A DNA stretch of 64,000 bases from Iphione sp. A-MEVVRFRX5 (taxonomy: Eukaryota). Position numbers and translations under genes: made by a program. Location: positions 34,410,001 through 34,474,000 of the forward strand of contig OZ320319.1 in NCBI GenBank assembly GCA_976226885.1, in the 5' to 3' direction. Positions 26,901-38,540 of this stretch are shown piece by piece (within the stretch, counting starts at the first letter, position 1; each line of letters opens with the position of its first letter). The notes beneath the pieces are model-generated. The model ran no database searches and had not been told where the DNA came from. It saw nothing but the letters and a program-made list of their open reading frames with translations.

Positions 26901-29900
26901 TTCCTCAAGTAAAAGAACAAAAAAGGCAGCGAACTCGTATTGCTTACACCCATGTAGTGCACAATTAAAATGGCAATATTGAATATGTTTCTCTGATGTG
27001 GGAGTCATGAGCCTGGTGGGGGATCCAGTGTTTCTATGACTCTTTTTTTCCCGGCTACCTCTCTTTCATATTCTTCTTACTCCTCCCGCTTTCGGTCGCA
27101 CTCACATCTATCGCTGGAGCGAAGTGCAAGTGTTTCCTGTGCGTCGCACTAAAACCGCGCACGGCGGAGTGCGCTACTCGCAGAAGGCGGTGGAGCCTTA
27201 AAAAGTGGGGGACCTGCGCGAGCTGCTCCGAGAGCTTTTTGGTCCAGGCCAGGCTGATGGAGTAGTGAAATCTAAAACAAGCGCGTTTGGTTTAATAAAT
27301 AACTAAAACTCAAATTCTGCTCGTCATAGTTAAGATTGCATGATAGTAAATGGAATGGAAGCGGGGGAGGAGGTAGAGAGGGTGCAACAAAGGTGGATGT
27401 TTGTTGGCTTGTGTGCGATCGGGAGGTGTCGTTTGTGGGTGGGTGCTTGGTCGTTGAGACGGCGCGAAACAGGCGCGCGCAGAAATCAGTGTAGAAATGG
27501 ATCCGCAGCCGGCTTTGGAAATAAAGAGATTACGATTCCTCTAACTTTTCACCGAGCGCCAACCTTAGATAGAACGCGCGCGTTAATTACATTTTTCGCC
27601 CGACGATCCTCCAGAATCCGCGCGGAAAGACCCGCGCCAGCCACTGCCTGCTAAATAAATGCGGCGTGCGAGCGGTATGCTTAGTGCCTTGAAAGACCTT
27701 TCTCCACTGTCTTTAGGAGAAAAGTTAACTGACACTAAACGGGCCCTCTTGTCCCCAGCCCCTCACTCACCCACCGGACGCCTATGCTTCATAGCATTCA
27801 TAATTCGATGGCTGTCCCCGAAATAAGGCGGGTCCGTGCTTAGCATAATCTACCCGGCCCTACCTGCCGGTCTCTCGTGGCCTGCTAAAGTTTGTTCTGT
27901 CTCCGCCTCCACTAGCTCCATTCAACGCCGGAGATCTTTTCCTCTAGTTTTCTTTTCTGTGCGTTTTTAGCCAACGCCGCTCGCCCAGATTTCCCGCATT
28001 CCCCGAGCTTCCACTCAATAATACATTGCTTCATTATCAGCGCAGAAAACACGAGAGTAATTAGTCAAGCCGGTTAAAACGATAATTTTCCAACCCTTCG
28101 CAGCGTTCGCCGTATTTTTGGCGACATTTTAGAGTTGAATTCTAGAGCGCCGTCGGACCATATTTGGGCAAATCTTCTGGCCCAACAAGAGGCGGCAGCT
28201 TCGAGTGAACAGCGCCGCTATTATTGTGTTTGTGGACGTCGGTGGGGAGAATTGTGGCGGGGAAAATACAAGACTGGGGTCATTAGCTTTCGCGGGGCTG
28301 AAGCTGTTACGAGCTTGATGTTTGAATTGAGCGACTTATTTAACCCTCTTGGTCTTCCTTTTACTCATACTCCAAAGCTACCTGTCCTGGCCTTCTAGCT
28401 TTCTTGCACGCTGATGTCACCCACTCAGCTGGATGCTATCTGATAATCCAGCGAGTGTAATATGCGACTTGTTCTGAGCTCTGTAGCTAATCAGTAGTAG
28501 TAAAGGGAAGTGTTGACATAATGACATGATGTCTTTCGTATTGAGCCGATGATAGGTTGTTACATAACGAAGTTGTAAATTGTTCATGCAGAGACTTTTC
28601 TTTCGAGATTATCGATGACTACCGGTGTATTTGTTTTCCACTAAATCGAATATGACCAAACTATGTTCATTTATGTAAAATATTACCCTATGTTACGTTG
28701 TATATATGAATGACATGCCTTTTGATCAGTCGATTTTTGTATAATTGTTGCTGAATAGGTCCCCTTGTTTCAGGACCTGCTTAGCATGCGGTCAGGCCAC
28801 CCAGAGCGAATGGACCTTCTTCGCAAGTACGCCGCAATCTATGGCCGCTTCGACTCCAAGCGGAAGAATGAGAAACCAATGTCCCTGCATGAGGTCAGTT
28901 CCTACAACTACATGTAGTTTTCTGCTCGTGCTTCTATGTTGTTCCACTGAGTTGATTATTGCCTTAATTTCTGGCTCGACACTACCCCTGGGCAGGTAAC
29001 TTAGCCTACTCCGGTCTAACACAAAACCTTCTCGGGCAATATTGATCAAAACTTGCCAGAATGCCTAAACATGGTGATCCTAGAGTGACAGCGACCGCCA
29101 AGAAACAGGAAGATTGGACGGCCGACTCAGCACTGATGGCCTGACAGCTTTGACGACTGCCGTTTGAGGACGCTGTCACCCGATCAGTTTCTTGGATTTT
29201 GGAAATGGATTTGCCAATCACTGGTCTGGCCTTTCTTTTGGGTCCACCCTGAAGGAAAAGTCAGATGGAGGCTTGCTGTGCTGGGGGGGGAGGGTGTGAG
29301 CTGTAGTGGGGTCAAATTAAGAAATTGGCCGCTGGCTGTCATTGCCCGGTCGACTGACTTCAGTCGTTATGGCTCAAAAGTGTCTACCCGCTGACTGGAA
29401 GCTTGTAGTGAGAGATGTGACTATTACATTCCATCGTAGTTGACATGGAAAGCTTGTCGTTCTTGGTGAAATAATACTAAATGACAAAGGCCGTCATTTG
29501 CCGGTCAAAGCTAAGAGGTTCAGTCTTATCGTACGATCCTGGTGAAAATAACCTTGCCACCACCATATGTCGCCATATACGTGATCGGCAAGCCTTCTGA
29601 CGATTTTAAGTCGACAGAAAGCTTGCTCTAAATGTCAACTTTACTAATGACTTGCTGAAACATACATTTGTTCAAAATACGGCGACGCTTCTTCTCTTTT
29701 TGATCCCATTAGCAGAGGTTAAGTTTATTAAACAGCCGGCACTTCTCGGAATGCAATCGGACTAGTTGAGATGAATTGAATGTTATCGTGTGAACCATGC
29801 CCTGACAAGTACCACAAAGAGTATAGGATAGACTCGTTGGTCGATGTACACGATGGTGTTAATTCGCAATTTTAAAAGCTTTGTTCTCAACGTTTGTCCA

Positions 29901-32900
29901 AATCGTTGGGCATGTGAATAAGATATCAGATTATTCCTTTTTTATGATTCATCGTGAAGCAAAGGGTGTTGTCACAGATGATTCACACGTAGCTAGAAGG
30001 TAACTGATTTGAGTCAGAATTTGAAACGCAATGTTCCTCGCTAAAAAAACTACCATTAAAATCATTAAAGTTCAGTGACTCAGCCTCCCTCAAGTGGAAA
30101 TAAAATGAAGGATTCTACCATTGTACAAACCTGCATTTCAAATACAGCAAGAATGAATGTCAGTTTGTCATTAAGCACACACATTTCATAAAATGCCATT
30201 AGCACATGGAAAGGAGAGGATCTACCACTGCTGCAATATGCCAATGAGATAGTTCATGCTGGATTTGCCAGGTGGCGCAGTTAGTCCGTTGCCTCTCCTG
30301 CTGTCCGTAGTCGAGTAAAATCCTAGCCATCTGGTGGCACAAGCCTAAAAAAGGAATAAGTTGAAGCAAAACAGAAGTGACGGCTAGCACGGACAGGCAA
30401 GTCCTCATAATTAAACAGGAGAGATTTCTCCATCTTAAGCAGTGATGTAAATACACAGTCCTAATTAAATCAGGGAAGTGTTGCTTCTTACTCAATCATA
30501 TCATAATATGGTCTTTTTGCGAGCGCTTCGGGCCGTCCAATGCAGTCTCATACGTCTATTTCCACAGCAGCCTTGTCTCAGCCGAATACGTACCAATAGA
30601 AAAGAATTTGAATCAACATCGGTGCTTCTATGTTATCATATTTTAGACAAAATATGAGGAGTAATTCATATTCATTGTTAGGCACTGCTCACACAAACAG
30701 TCAGACATCGATGTACATATCCATGAATTTTAATCTTCGACTCATAGAAAAATGTAGACGAAGGCTGAAAAAATCTTATGTATTAACTTTTCTGCCATAT
30801 ATCTGAAACCTGCTGCACAACGGAGGTTTTCACGGATCATGCTTACAACTCGATGCAAAGAGTATAGAAATGTCCGCATTTTGGCCATGATAACCTCCTT
30901 GTTAAGTAACTAGTTTGTAATAAACGTACGCTTTAAAGGCCTTTTTATGTAGAGAAAAGAGACACCCTGCCAAGGGCTTTACCAAACATTTCTCCGATAC
31001 AGGATTCTGAACGCGTAGTCCTCACACTGACACAGTAACTTATAACTTCTTTTTTTTGGCTTTTTTTTTCTCTAATTGCATGTGTAACTAAGCTGCGTCA
31101 CATTATACCTGTGCCTGCCTTCTCATACAAACAGCAACCGACACTCTAAGTAAGCCAGTGTTTAATCTCTCACGGTATCTCACATGGGACTGACCTTAAA
31201 TCTGTGACCCATTATTTCTATAAACAGATCTCGGTGAACGAGGCAGCCGCGCAGCTGTGTGCCCACATGCCATCGCTCCTGACGCGCCGAGAGGAGCTCT
31301 TCCCACTCGCCCGCACAGTTGTCCGCGACAGCGGCTACCAGTATGCCAAGGGCCACTCAAGGTGAGATGCTCGCAATAACTCACAGCAATTCACTGTCAT
31401 GACACACGGGCCTTTTAAAAGCTAATTGTTCTGCCCTCTGTATCTATTAGTATTCATGACAACCCTGAAGCCAAATTGTGTTTATCATGCGTATTTTGCC
31501 GGTTCTCCCGAGACAAATTGAGAGTGTCACGTGTGTTACTGGTTGCTTTATCCCGACACTGGTTGCTATGTTATATCCAAGAAACCTATGCCTTTTTTTC
31601 TGATTGCATTCAATATCTTGATTGATTTCCGACATAAACATCTATTTTATGGAAAGCAGCACTCGGCTGACAGAACCAAGGTAGACCAAAAACACTTTCT
31701 ATTTTAGCATGTTAAAATTCTTCTCCCATATTAACACTCTCCGTAGTTCCGTGAAAATATGCTTACGTAAGTGTTAATTGATGACAACTGGTGTAAAAAC
31801 GCAAACAAATGCAATCGGCTGAAGTGGATGAGCGCGGTATTAAGTAGCATCCACGTGCACTGAAAGCTTTTGTTTTTTCTCTCGCTTTGTTGTTTTTAAC
31901 TGTTCTTGAGTAACATACACGCGACTGTGCCAGTGCTTATACATCACTGTTGTGATTCATATATTAAATATTGATTCCCATACGATTTGTATTATAACAT
32001 AGCACCCTGTCTAAGATCTGGTAGAGGTAATCGCACTGTGTGAGATCATTCGCCCTTATTCATGTCTTTCGTCTTCAGAGCCCAAAACGAAGGACAGGGT
32101 GAACCTCCCGTTAAGCGCTCCAAAATAAGCATTCTCGGCAAGAAGAGCTTCAAATCCGAGCTCGAGAAGATCCATCAGGAGGTAGGTCCACAGGGGGAAC
32201 AGCCAGTTCTTGGTTTCTTATTAACGTCAGAAGGGTGGGTTGCAGTTGACGGAACAGCCAGGGGAAAAACACCGGAGCGTGGAGAAGCGACAAGAAAAGC
32301 TTTTAGAGCCGGCATTGCAGCAGCAAAGACAAAATTAATGAAGTATTGTGCAGCGCTTCGAGGCACTGGGACTTTCTTAATATTCGAATCTATTATGGCG
32401 AAAATCGGTAAAACTAAACGGAATATTAAATTGGCGTGTCATGTCGCTACATCTGTGGATCACATAGAAATGTGCCTACCCTGTATTTCCTGCTTCATTC
32501 TAGTAGCTATCAATGTTTGTGTTGTATTGGACTTTGCTCAGTTTCTCCCCAGTTTTATAACTTAATTATCAGTTGCGTAGTTTAAATTCTGGAAGCCAAA
32601 AGGTTCCATACCATCAGTTTCTCTCACTGATGCAAAACCCAAGGACATTTGAGATTGGATTCGAGATGCCTGATTGTCCATTTATTTGTGGTGTATAGCT
32701 TATAGGCAGATGGGATATGTATAGGTAGGGACAGGAAGTACTGAAATAAAATGGGGAAATTGAAACGCGTAAGAAAGAGGCAGTTGTGTATATACATGTA
32801 GTTGGTATGCGCCGCGGTGCGGATCTTTTCAAAAGCACGGACTTTTTCGCAGTGGATTGACGTAATTTTCTATGCCCGCCTTCCCTCGGCCGCTGCAGTC

Positions 32901-35900
32901 TCTCTTTCTCCCACCCTCACTTTGCTCCACAAACTCTCCGGTTTCCCCGACCCACCCAACGCGACCCGGGCTGGACCTTTTTACACTCCAGCCGCTTATT
33001 AAGAGATGTTTCACGGACGCCCGCGTGTCGTTTTGTCAACTCGCTCCTCTTGCTTCCAACAGGAGCGGCTGTCTGAAATTCACGCGAGCCTGAGTCAGAT
33101 CGCCGCCAAGCAGGAAGAGCTGAGGGCCCGGCTGGCCGAGGCCACCGGACCATGCCCGCTGGAGGAAGGGAGCGCGCCCTCCGCCAAAGGTGTACAGGCT
33201 GAGCTGGACACGCTCTCCGTGCAGCACCTGCAGCTAGTCACCGAGCAAGGGGAGATCGTACAGCGGCTGGCCAACAACATCAGGTAAGCCTACAGATGTA
33301 TACACGAACTAGCCGAGCAGCGAGAATCACATTCATGCTACAAAGAAACTTCTATCTGTCGAAAATAGCCGCTTTTTTCTACGTAGTAACTCCCTCACTG
33401 CTCATCACTCTTTCAACTCGCCCGCAACCCCAGAATGGATGATACAAAATACAATATACATGTACAATCATTCGTGCCCACCTCTGCTTCGCAGTGTTCC
33501 CCATATACGTATGATTAGGTTTCTTTGTATATATATACATGAACATTATACATGTATAGGTTAATGATCTTTCTTATACATGTACTGCATGAGTTTGACG
33601 TTCGTGATTTTTTCCGGCAGATTTTACATAATAATTTGCATCCTGTTTTACAAATTTAACAACCTGCTGTGTTGCTCTGGACAAATTAGCATGCTTTGTA
33701 TTTGGTATACATATTCGTACAGTCGACACATTCTGCTGATCGAACGAGTTTTTCTTCGCCTAAACCCCATTAAATCACAATTTGTAAGCCGATGATGAAT
33801 CCTGGTATCAAGACATACACACTGTACACGTATTAATTTACCACTGGGAGTTTTGTGAATCTGCTTTAATCAGGTCAATTAAGAAACTACACCTACATTT
33901 GAGGTGTTGCCTTCAAACGATAAGCCCTAGTTCTGTGTATGTGCGTCTAGAGACATAGGCCTATATTGTTTTGTAGACGGTTCATGAAGAGGACAATGTA
34001 TTCATTAGTGTACTAAAAGAAACTGGCGTGCTACCCATTTCACAGCGAACGGCGTCCTTTTGGCCATGCTATCATTTTACCGACAAGCTTCTAGACTTTC
34101 GTGGAATATTAGTTTTGGGCTTTCTTCCGTCTTTCTGAAACAAGAATCTAAATAAGAATCCTCTCCCTGTCGGATCTCCTTACCGCCACTCTGATGAAGA
34201 TGTGCTGGAGGCTGGGCTTTGGATCTAAGATTTTTGTCATCTTTATAATTGTTTTTATCCCTTTCCTTAGGATTTCACATCCAGAATCCCAATAAGGGAA
34301 TGTTTCTAATTAGATTTGCTAACAAACAGAGGGTGGGGTGAATAATTCGGATTATTTTCCTGAAAATCCTCTGTCAGGGCGTTCTTCTTGTTATGTCTAA
34401 ATTATTCTGCGTGGAATAGTGGGATTCGCTTCGAATTATTGCTATTCCAATAAATCCAAAGCAGGTACCAGTCATTTCGCCATCTGCCTTGCTCACTGCT
34501 TGTTACTTTTTGGCCCTTTGCGCATGCCATGATATTCAATGTACTGATGTCACGCCCTCCCCCTCTCCTCAAAACCCGAACTCAATAGTAACTTAACGCC
34601 GCTATTTTGGGGCCATGTAATACAGTTTTAATTAGATATTCTTGATAATTGTGAGTATTGAGATTATTTCGCCATTATCGGAGGGCGGGTAGGGGCCAAA
34701 GCGAGAAAACAAAAGCTGGCATTCTGTCATTGGTTTGTATTTCATCCGTCTCTATAATGAATGCGCCTGTGTAATACGGTTGGTTTTGTTCTAGGTATCA
34801 CGTGGGGAAAAAGTACAACCAAGGAGGCATCTCCGGAGATGATGAAACAGGTCGGTTTTTCCTTCCTCAGATTGCATCCATTTAAAAACTTGAAATTAAT
34901 CATGAAAGTTGGCTTTTTGAAGAGTTTTCAAACTCCTGTTTTGTAGAATAGAGACTTGACATAAAAGGATAAATTCGCTCTGACAAGTTCGGTTGCCGGG
35001 CAACGCGGCCATATTTCTTACGTTTTATCCCGCTTCGGAGCCTTTTCCATTTCACGAGAAATAACTAAAATAATATTGTCGTGTTAGAGATGAAATGCTT
35101 AAATGAATTATTCATGACATCACCGTGGAATTCTAGATATTCTACTAAAAGCTGCAAAGTAATTGCCGAGTTTCTCTTGTCGGGTTACGGTGGAGAACTG
35201 AAAGCACTCAACGCACGCTTTTCGAGCGACATAATCCTGTAGTAGATAGTTACTGTAGAGTGGTCTGACTATTGTGCAATATTCAATTGTGTAGTTGCTC
35301 ACCGTATTAACAGTGTGTATGGGATCCTTGTAGATGAGCTGTTCCTACCTTAACTCGTTCTCCCTCCCTCCCTCCCTCCCTCTTTGTCTGTCTGTCTGTG
35401 TCTGTTTGTCTGTCTGTCTGTCTGTCTCTGTCTCTCTCTCTCCCCTCCCCATAAATAGCAGTGGCACTACCCTATCTCCGGTTACATTGCGTGCTGAAGG
35501 ATGGCACAAATCACATTTTCCCCATCGTCAATTTGTTTTTCAGACTCCTCGAATTTGCCCAGCGGCGGGTCGTCGCCGAGAAACGGGACTGGTGATGCCG
35601 ATGACCTTGACTTCTACAAGGCCAAGGTCAGAGGCGAGGCCAAGGGCCAGCTGCAACAGACACTCTTCGACGAAGGCTTGCGGATAGCACAGCAGTACGG
35701 CATGTCCGACTTTGCCGAAGAACTGAAGGGACTGAAGCAGGGCAGTGACGACAGTAACCACGCCACGGAGAACGGCAGCAACAGTGGCGGCGGCAACAGC
35801 AGTAACAACAACAATGGCGACGACAAAGAGGACAGGGACAGCTGGCACTGCGATGCCGACATCGAGCGCAACCAGAAGTCCGCCTACAACCTGAGCAATA

Positions 35901-35941
35901 AGAATGGGAGCAACTCGCATGTGGCCATCGAAACAAGTTGA
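2804..35941 (+). CDS. NAB: NGFI-A-binding protein (NAB1/NAB2 homolog), EGR corepressor; 10 coding exons, 616 aa
   Basis: join(2804..2903,6350..6487,7516..7937,12312..12470,28774..28893,31228..31361,32079..32181,33063..33283,34795..34850,35544..35941) = 1851 nt, all GT-AG, phases 1,1,0,0,0,2,0,2,1 consistent. NCD1: [63 protein letters not shown]2: [15 protein letters not shown]...[13 protein letters not shown]...[21 protein letters not shown]-terminal [13 protein letters not shown]. Confidence 0.95.
2962..3048 (+). repeat. (GGA)29 microsatellite in NAB intron
   Basis: Perfect GGA run starting 58 nt after the exon-1 donor; it creates the spurious poly-R/G/L ORFs in the track. Confidence 0.97.
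6163..6260 (+). repeat. Degenerate ~20-bp minisatellite (about 5 units, CTCGTAxxAGAGACCC-like)
   Basis: Units TTTTCATACTAGAAACCC / TTTTCTCATACTAGAGAAACCC / ACTTCTCGTAATAGAGACCC / AGTTTTCGTACCAGAGACGC / AGTTCTCGTATTAGAGGA. Confidence 0.7.
6350..6487 (+). CDS. NAB: NAB coding exon 2 (NCD1 core)
   Basis: Acceptor TTCTTGCAG|; [45 protein letters not shown]; donor CAG|GTAC. Confidence 0.95.
7516..7937 (+). CDS. NAB: NAB coding exon 3 (Ala/Pro/Ser/Gln-rich linker)
   Basis: Acceptor CTCTTTCAG|; begins AMFQQP (the NAB GLFNQP-like motif after NCD1); ends SPSPSN; donor AAC|GTGAGT. Confidence 0.88.
12312..12470 (+). CDS. NAB: NAB coding exon 4 (start of NCD2); not in the ORF track
   Basis: Acceptor TTGTTTTAG|; 53 codons [53 protein letters not shown]; donor GAG|GTAAA; phase 0-0. 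Confidence 0.88.
16224..16386. other. Assembly gap (163 N)
   Basis: Run of N bases. Confidence 1.
16580..16624 (+). repeat. (GAG)15 microsatellite
   Basis: Perfect GAG run followed by a G tract. Confidence 0.93.
28774..28893 (+). CDS. NAB: NAB coding exon 5 (NCD2)
   Basis: Acceptor CCTTGTTTCAG|; [40 protein letters not shown]; donor GAG|GTCAGT. Confidence 0.94.
31228..31361 (+). CDS. NAB: NAB coding exon 6 (NCD2 end)
   Basis: Acceptor TAAACAG|; [44 protein letters not shown]+AG; donor AG|GTGAG. Confidence 0.94.
32079..32181 (+). CDS. NAB: NAB coding exon 7 (NLS-like PPVKRSK)
   Basis: Acceptor GTCTTCAG|; [34 protein letters not shown]; donor GAG|GTAGG; phase 2-0 fits the neighbours. Confidence 0.82.
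33063..33283 (+). CDS. NAB: NAB coding exon 8 (coiled-coil-like)
   Basis: Acceptor TTCCAACAG|; [27 protein letters not shown]...[18 protein letters not shown]+AG; donor CAG|GTAAG; GC3-rich codons like the other exons. Confidence 0.85.
34795..34850 (+). CDS. NAB: NAB coding exon 9 (56 nt, phase 2 to 1)
   Basis: Acceptor TTTTGTTCTAG|; (R)[18 protein letters not shown]+G; donor CAG|GTCGG. It is needed to bridge the phase-2 end of exon 8 to the phase-1 start of the last exon. Confidence 0.75.
35354..35445 (+). repeat. Compound pyrimidine-rich microsatellite (CCCT)n/(CTGT)n/(CT)n
   Basis: Visible tandem tetramers and dimers about 100 nt upstream of the last NAB acceptor. Confidence 0.85.
35544..35941 (+). 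CDS. NAB: NAB last coding exon
   Basis: Acceptor TTTGTTTTTCAG|; ...[42 protein letters not shown]...; TGA at 35939-35941. Confidence 0.88.
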
Positions 35942-38281
35942 CCTCGCGGTCGCCGTCGGCGCTTCGCCGCCTCCCGCTACTACTCGCCAAGTCTCTAAGC
36001 TGCTAAAACCCCGTACCCTGACCGTAACCTGCCCTACCTCTCTCCCTTTCCTTCTTCCACCAAACTCCTGTGTCCCTTCCCTGGGAAAGCCCACGGCTGA
36101 AATACTAGACCTTCAAGCATCCACTAACTGGGTGCCCAAGGTATTCTCATTGTATTTCCAGCGCACTTCGGACACGAACGCCTTCCATCGCTACGGTCTG
36201 GAGTTTGTGGAGATAGGGCAATACTTTATGTGATGCTGACTTAGTTGTATACATTGTCTTGTAGCAGAAAGGCATGGAATCTTTTGATCAATTCCAGCCT
36301 GCTTATCTGACTCTTTTGGTCAGGGTCTCAACATGAGCGGGGAGAGATTGTATTATTAGTATACAAAAGTGAAGACTTATATATTGATATATATTTATTA
36401 ACTCTGTATAGAACTGACAGATGGTGGGCAAAGAACGTATCTTTACTGTTGTAGTTTAGACGGTTTTGTGCGTGCGATGCCCGACTAGTGATGGTCATCT
36501 CGATCGTTCTGAATGTAGTGGCTCTGACCACGTGCAGGCCTCAAGGCCGGGCTCTAATGCGTCGAGCCGACTGCGACCGTCAGCAGAGGCGCTGGGATCC
36601 ACAGACAGAGCCATTTGGCACTGCTTTATCGGGATCGGCGGAAACCCAGCGAATCGGATAACGGAGCGTTGTTTATAATGGTTATTGTTTCAAACGAGGG
36701 CGGCCTCTGAAAATCCCGTAATTTAGGCGCGATCGATTAATCAGAAACATTTTAACCCCCTTACCCCCCCCCCCTCCCCGAACAGACACCAGCCCACTCG
36801 CCTGATCCTCCCCCATGACCCCCTTTTACCGGTGCCCGTCCACCCCCAAAGCGCCAGCCACCCGTTCGACGATTACGTTTCGGCGGATGTGGAGGCAAAA
36901 GAAAGCGGAATTCGACGCGGACGAAGAATCGGCACCGAAAACACGGCGCCGTGCCACGCGTCAATTAGACCCCTGTCAATCGCGTAATTCGGAAATATTC
37001 TAATTCCGAGGCAGATTCACTTTGCACGGGGTGCTGGGGCGGACAGCAATCTTGGGAGGAGGGTGAGTGCGACGGTTTTAGTGACGGAAACCGTCGTCTA
37101 GCCAAGATTTGTCGATTGTTGACCAGAGTTTCGTGATTTTCGCCTGCTTCTTGTTCACCACCTCACAATAGAGTATATATATTACACATACAAAGAAAGT
37201 ACCTCCAATACACCGACAGGTGTGCAGAAAATGCCTCAAACGTTGGGCGCCATGCTGCGGCCACTGGCGCCATTGTTGTTGATTGTCATTCTTAAGTTAG
37301 TGGTCAATCCTGACTATAGTTTGCTTACTTTACTTGAATATATTTCTGGTTTTTGGCAAAATTGTGTTCACCATCGGAATGCAAGATGAGTACCTCAGAT
37401 AGTTCTTCTTAGCTCATATTTTAGACGACAACCGACTGCCTCGAAACAGCACTACCCTCAAAGAATCTAGTGTTATATTATCATGTATCGATTGCGCATT
37501 TAGCATGGTCAAGTTACCGTATATATACGTATATCATAGGGTACCTCCGGCTGCCATAGCAACAAGCAAGCCTTCAAAAGGCACTCCTCATCATTATTGT
37601 GGCAGCTGTTTTGTGCTGTTCTGTATCTGTGTGTAGGTATAAGTATAGGGAGAGACCAGTAAGCTTATTGGATATCTGTGACAAGATCTGTGACGTCATA
37701 GTTCGCCTGGTGGACGTTTTACCAACTATTACCCCTCCCCCTACAACGTTGCTCCTTTGTTGTCTTGTCTTGCTTATCACGGTTGTCATGCTGTCTGGAA
37801 AACTGTATACACTTTGGCGCGATTTTGTGCGAATTTTAGATCGTTATAATGGTTCTTGTTGCAACAATATATGCTCAGGAGTCTGTGTAGTAGTCCCTAT
37901 TTTTTAGAAGCGGTCTACAACAATCCAGAGCCAGCCAAATAGGAAACATGCCTCAAGTTACAGGACCTCAGAAAGATAATTTGTTGTGGTTGCTACCATG
38001 TGGTATATGTAAGAGACATATGTTCAAGTCGTTTTGGAAAGTTTATAGTCTGCAGGAATTGTTCGAAGTTGTCATCACCAAGTGTGCAGACTTATTATAG
38101 ACTTAATATCAGCAAAGAGTTCCTGTTATTATAATTTTGAAAGATCAGACATAATATCAGTGGCATAGAGGTTGACGTTGTTTAACTTATTCATTTCCAT
38201 CAATACCTGCACAATTCGTTTTGAATGTGTTGCTGACGGACATTTCTAGAAAAGACTCTTCAGTTACCTGCTTTTCGATAG

Positions 38282-38540
38282 TGTAGTGCTGCTGCGGCAT
38301 GGCGCTCAGCTGCTGCATCCGGTGCAGCAGCTGCAGCGGCAGGGGGGTGCAGCTGCTGCATGCGGCATGATTTAGGCGGGAAATCAGAGAGAGGCTTGGG
38401 GTATATAAGGGGGATTTTGCCTTGCCAGTTGTTGTTCTTCGCTGGATACCTTACCTTTCACATCTTACTCTTGTTGAGCAATAAAGCTGACCTTCTTTAA
38501 CCTGCCGTTATGTCTTATTTGCGGAGTGGCAAACGCTACA
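38282..38540 (+). repeat. 5' LTR (259 bp)
   Basis: TGTAGT...CGCTACA; TATATAA 38402-38408, Inr-like CCAGTT 38425-38430, AATAAA 38480-38485; no differences from 48036-48294 found by eye. Confidence 0.97.

Noticed and set aside
32062-32565. 167-aa ORF as an independent gene
   Set aside because: Only 32079-32181 is exon 7; the rest is intron read-through past a GAG|GTAGG donor.
35540-36094. 184-aa minus-strand ORF
   Set aside because: Antisense shadow of the last NAB exon.
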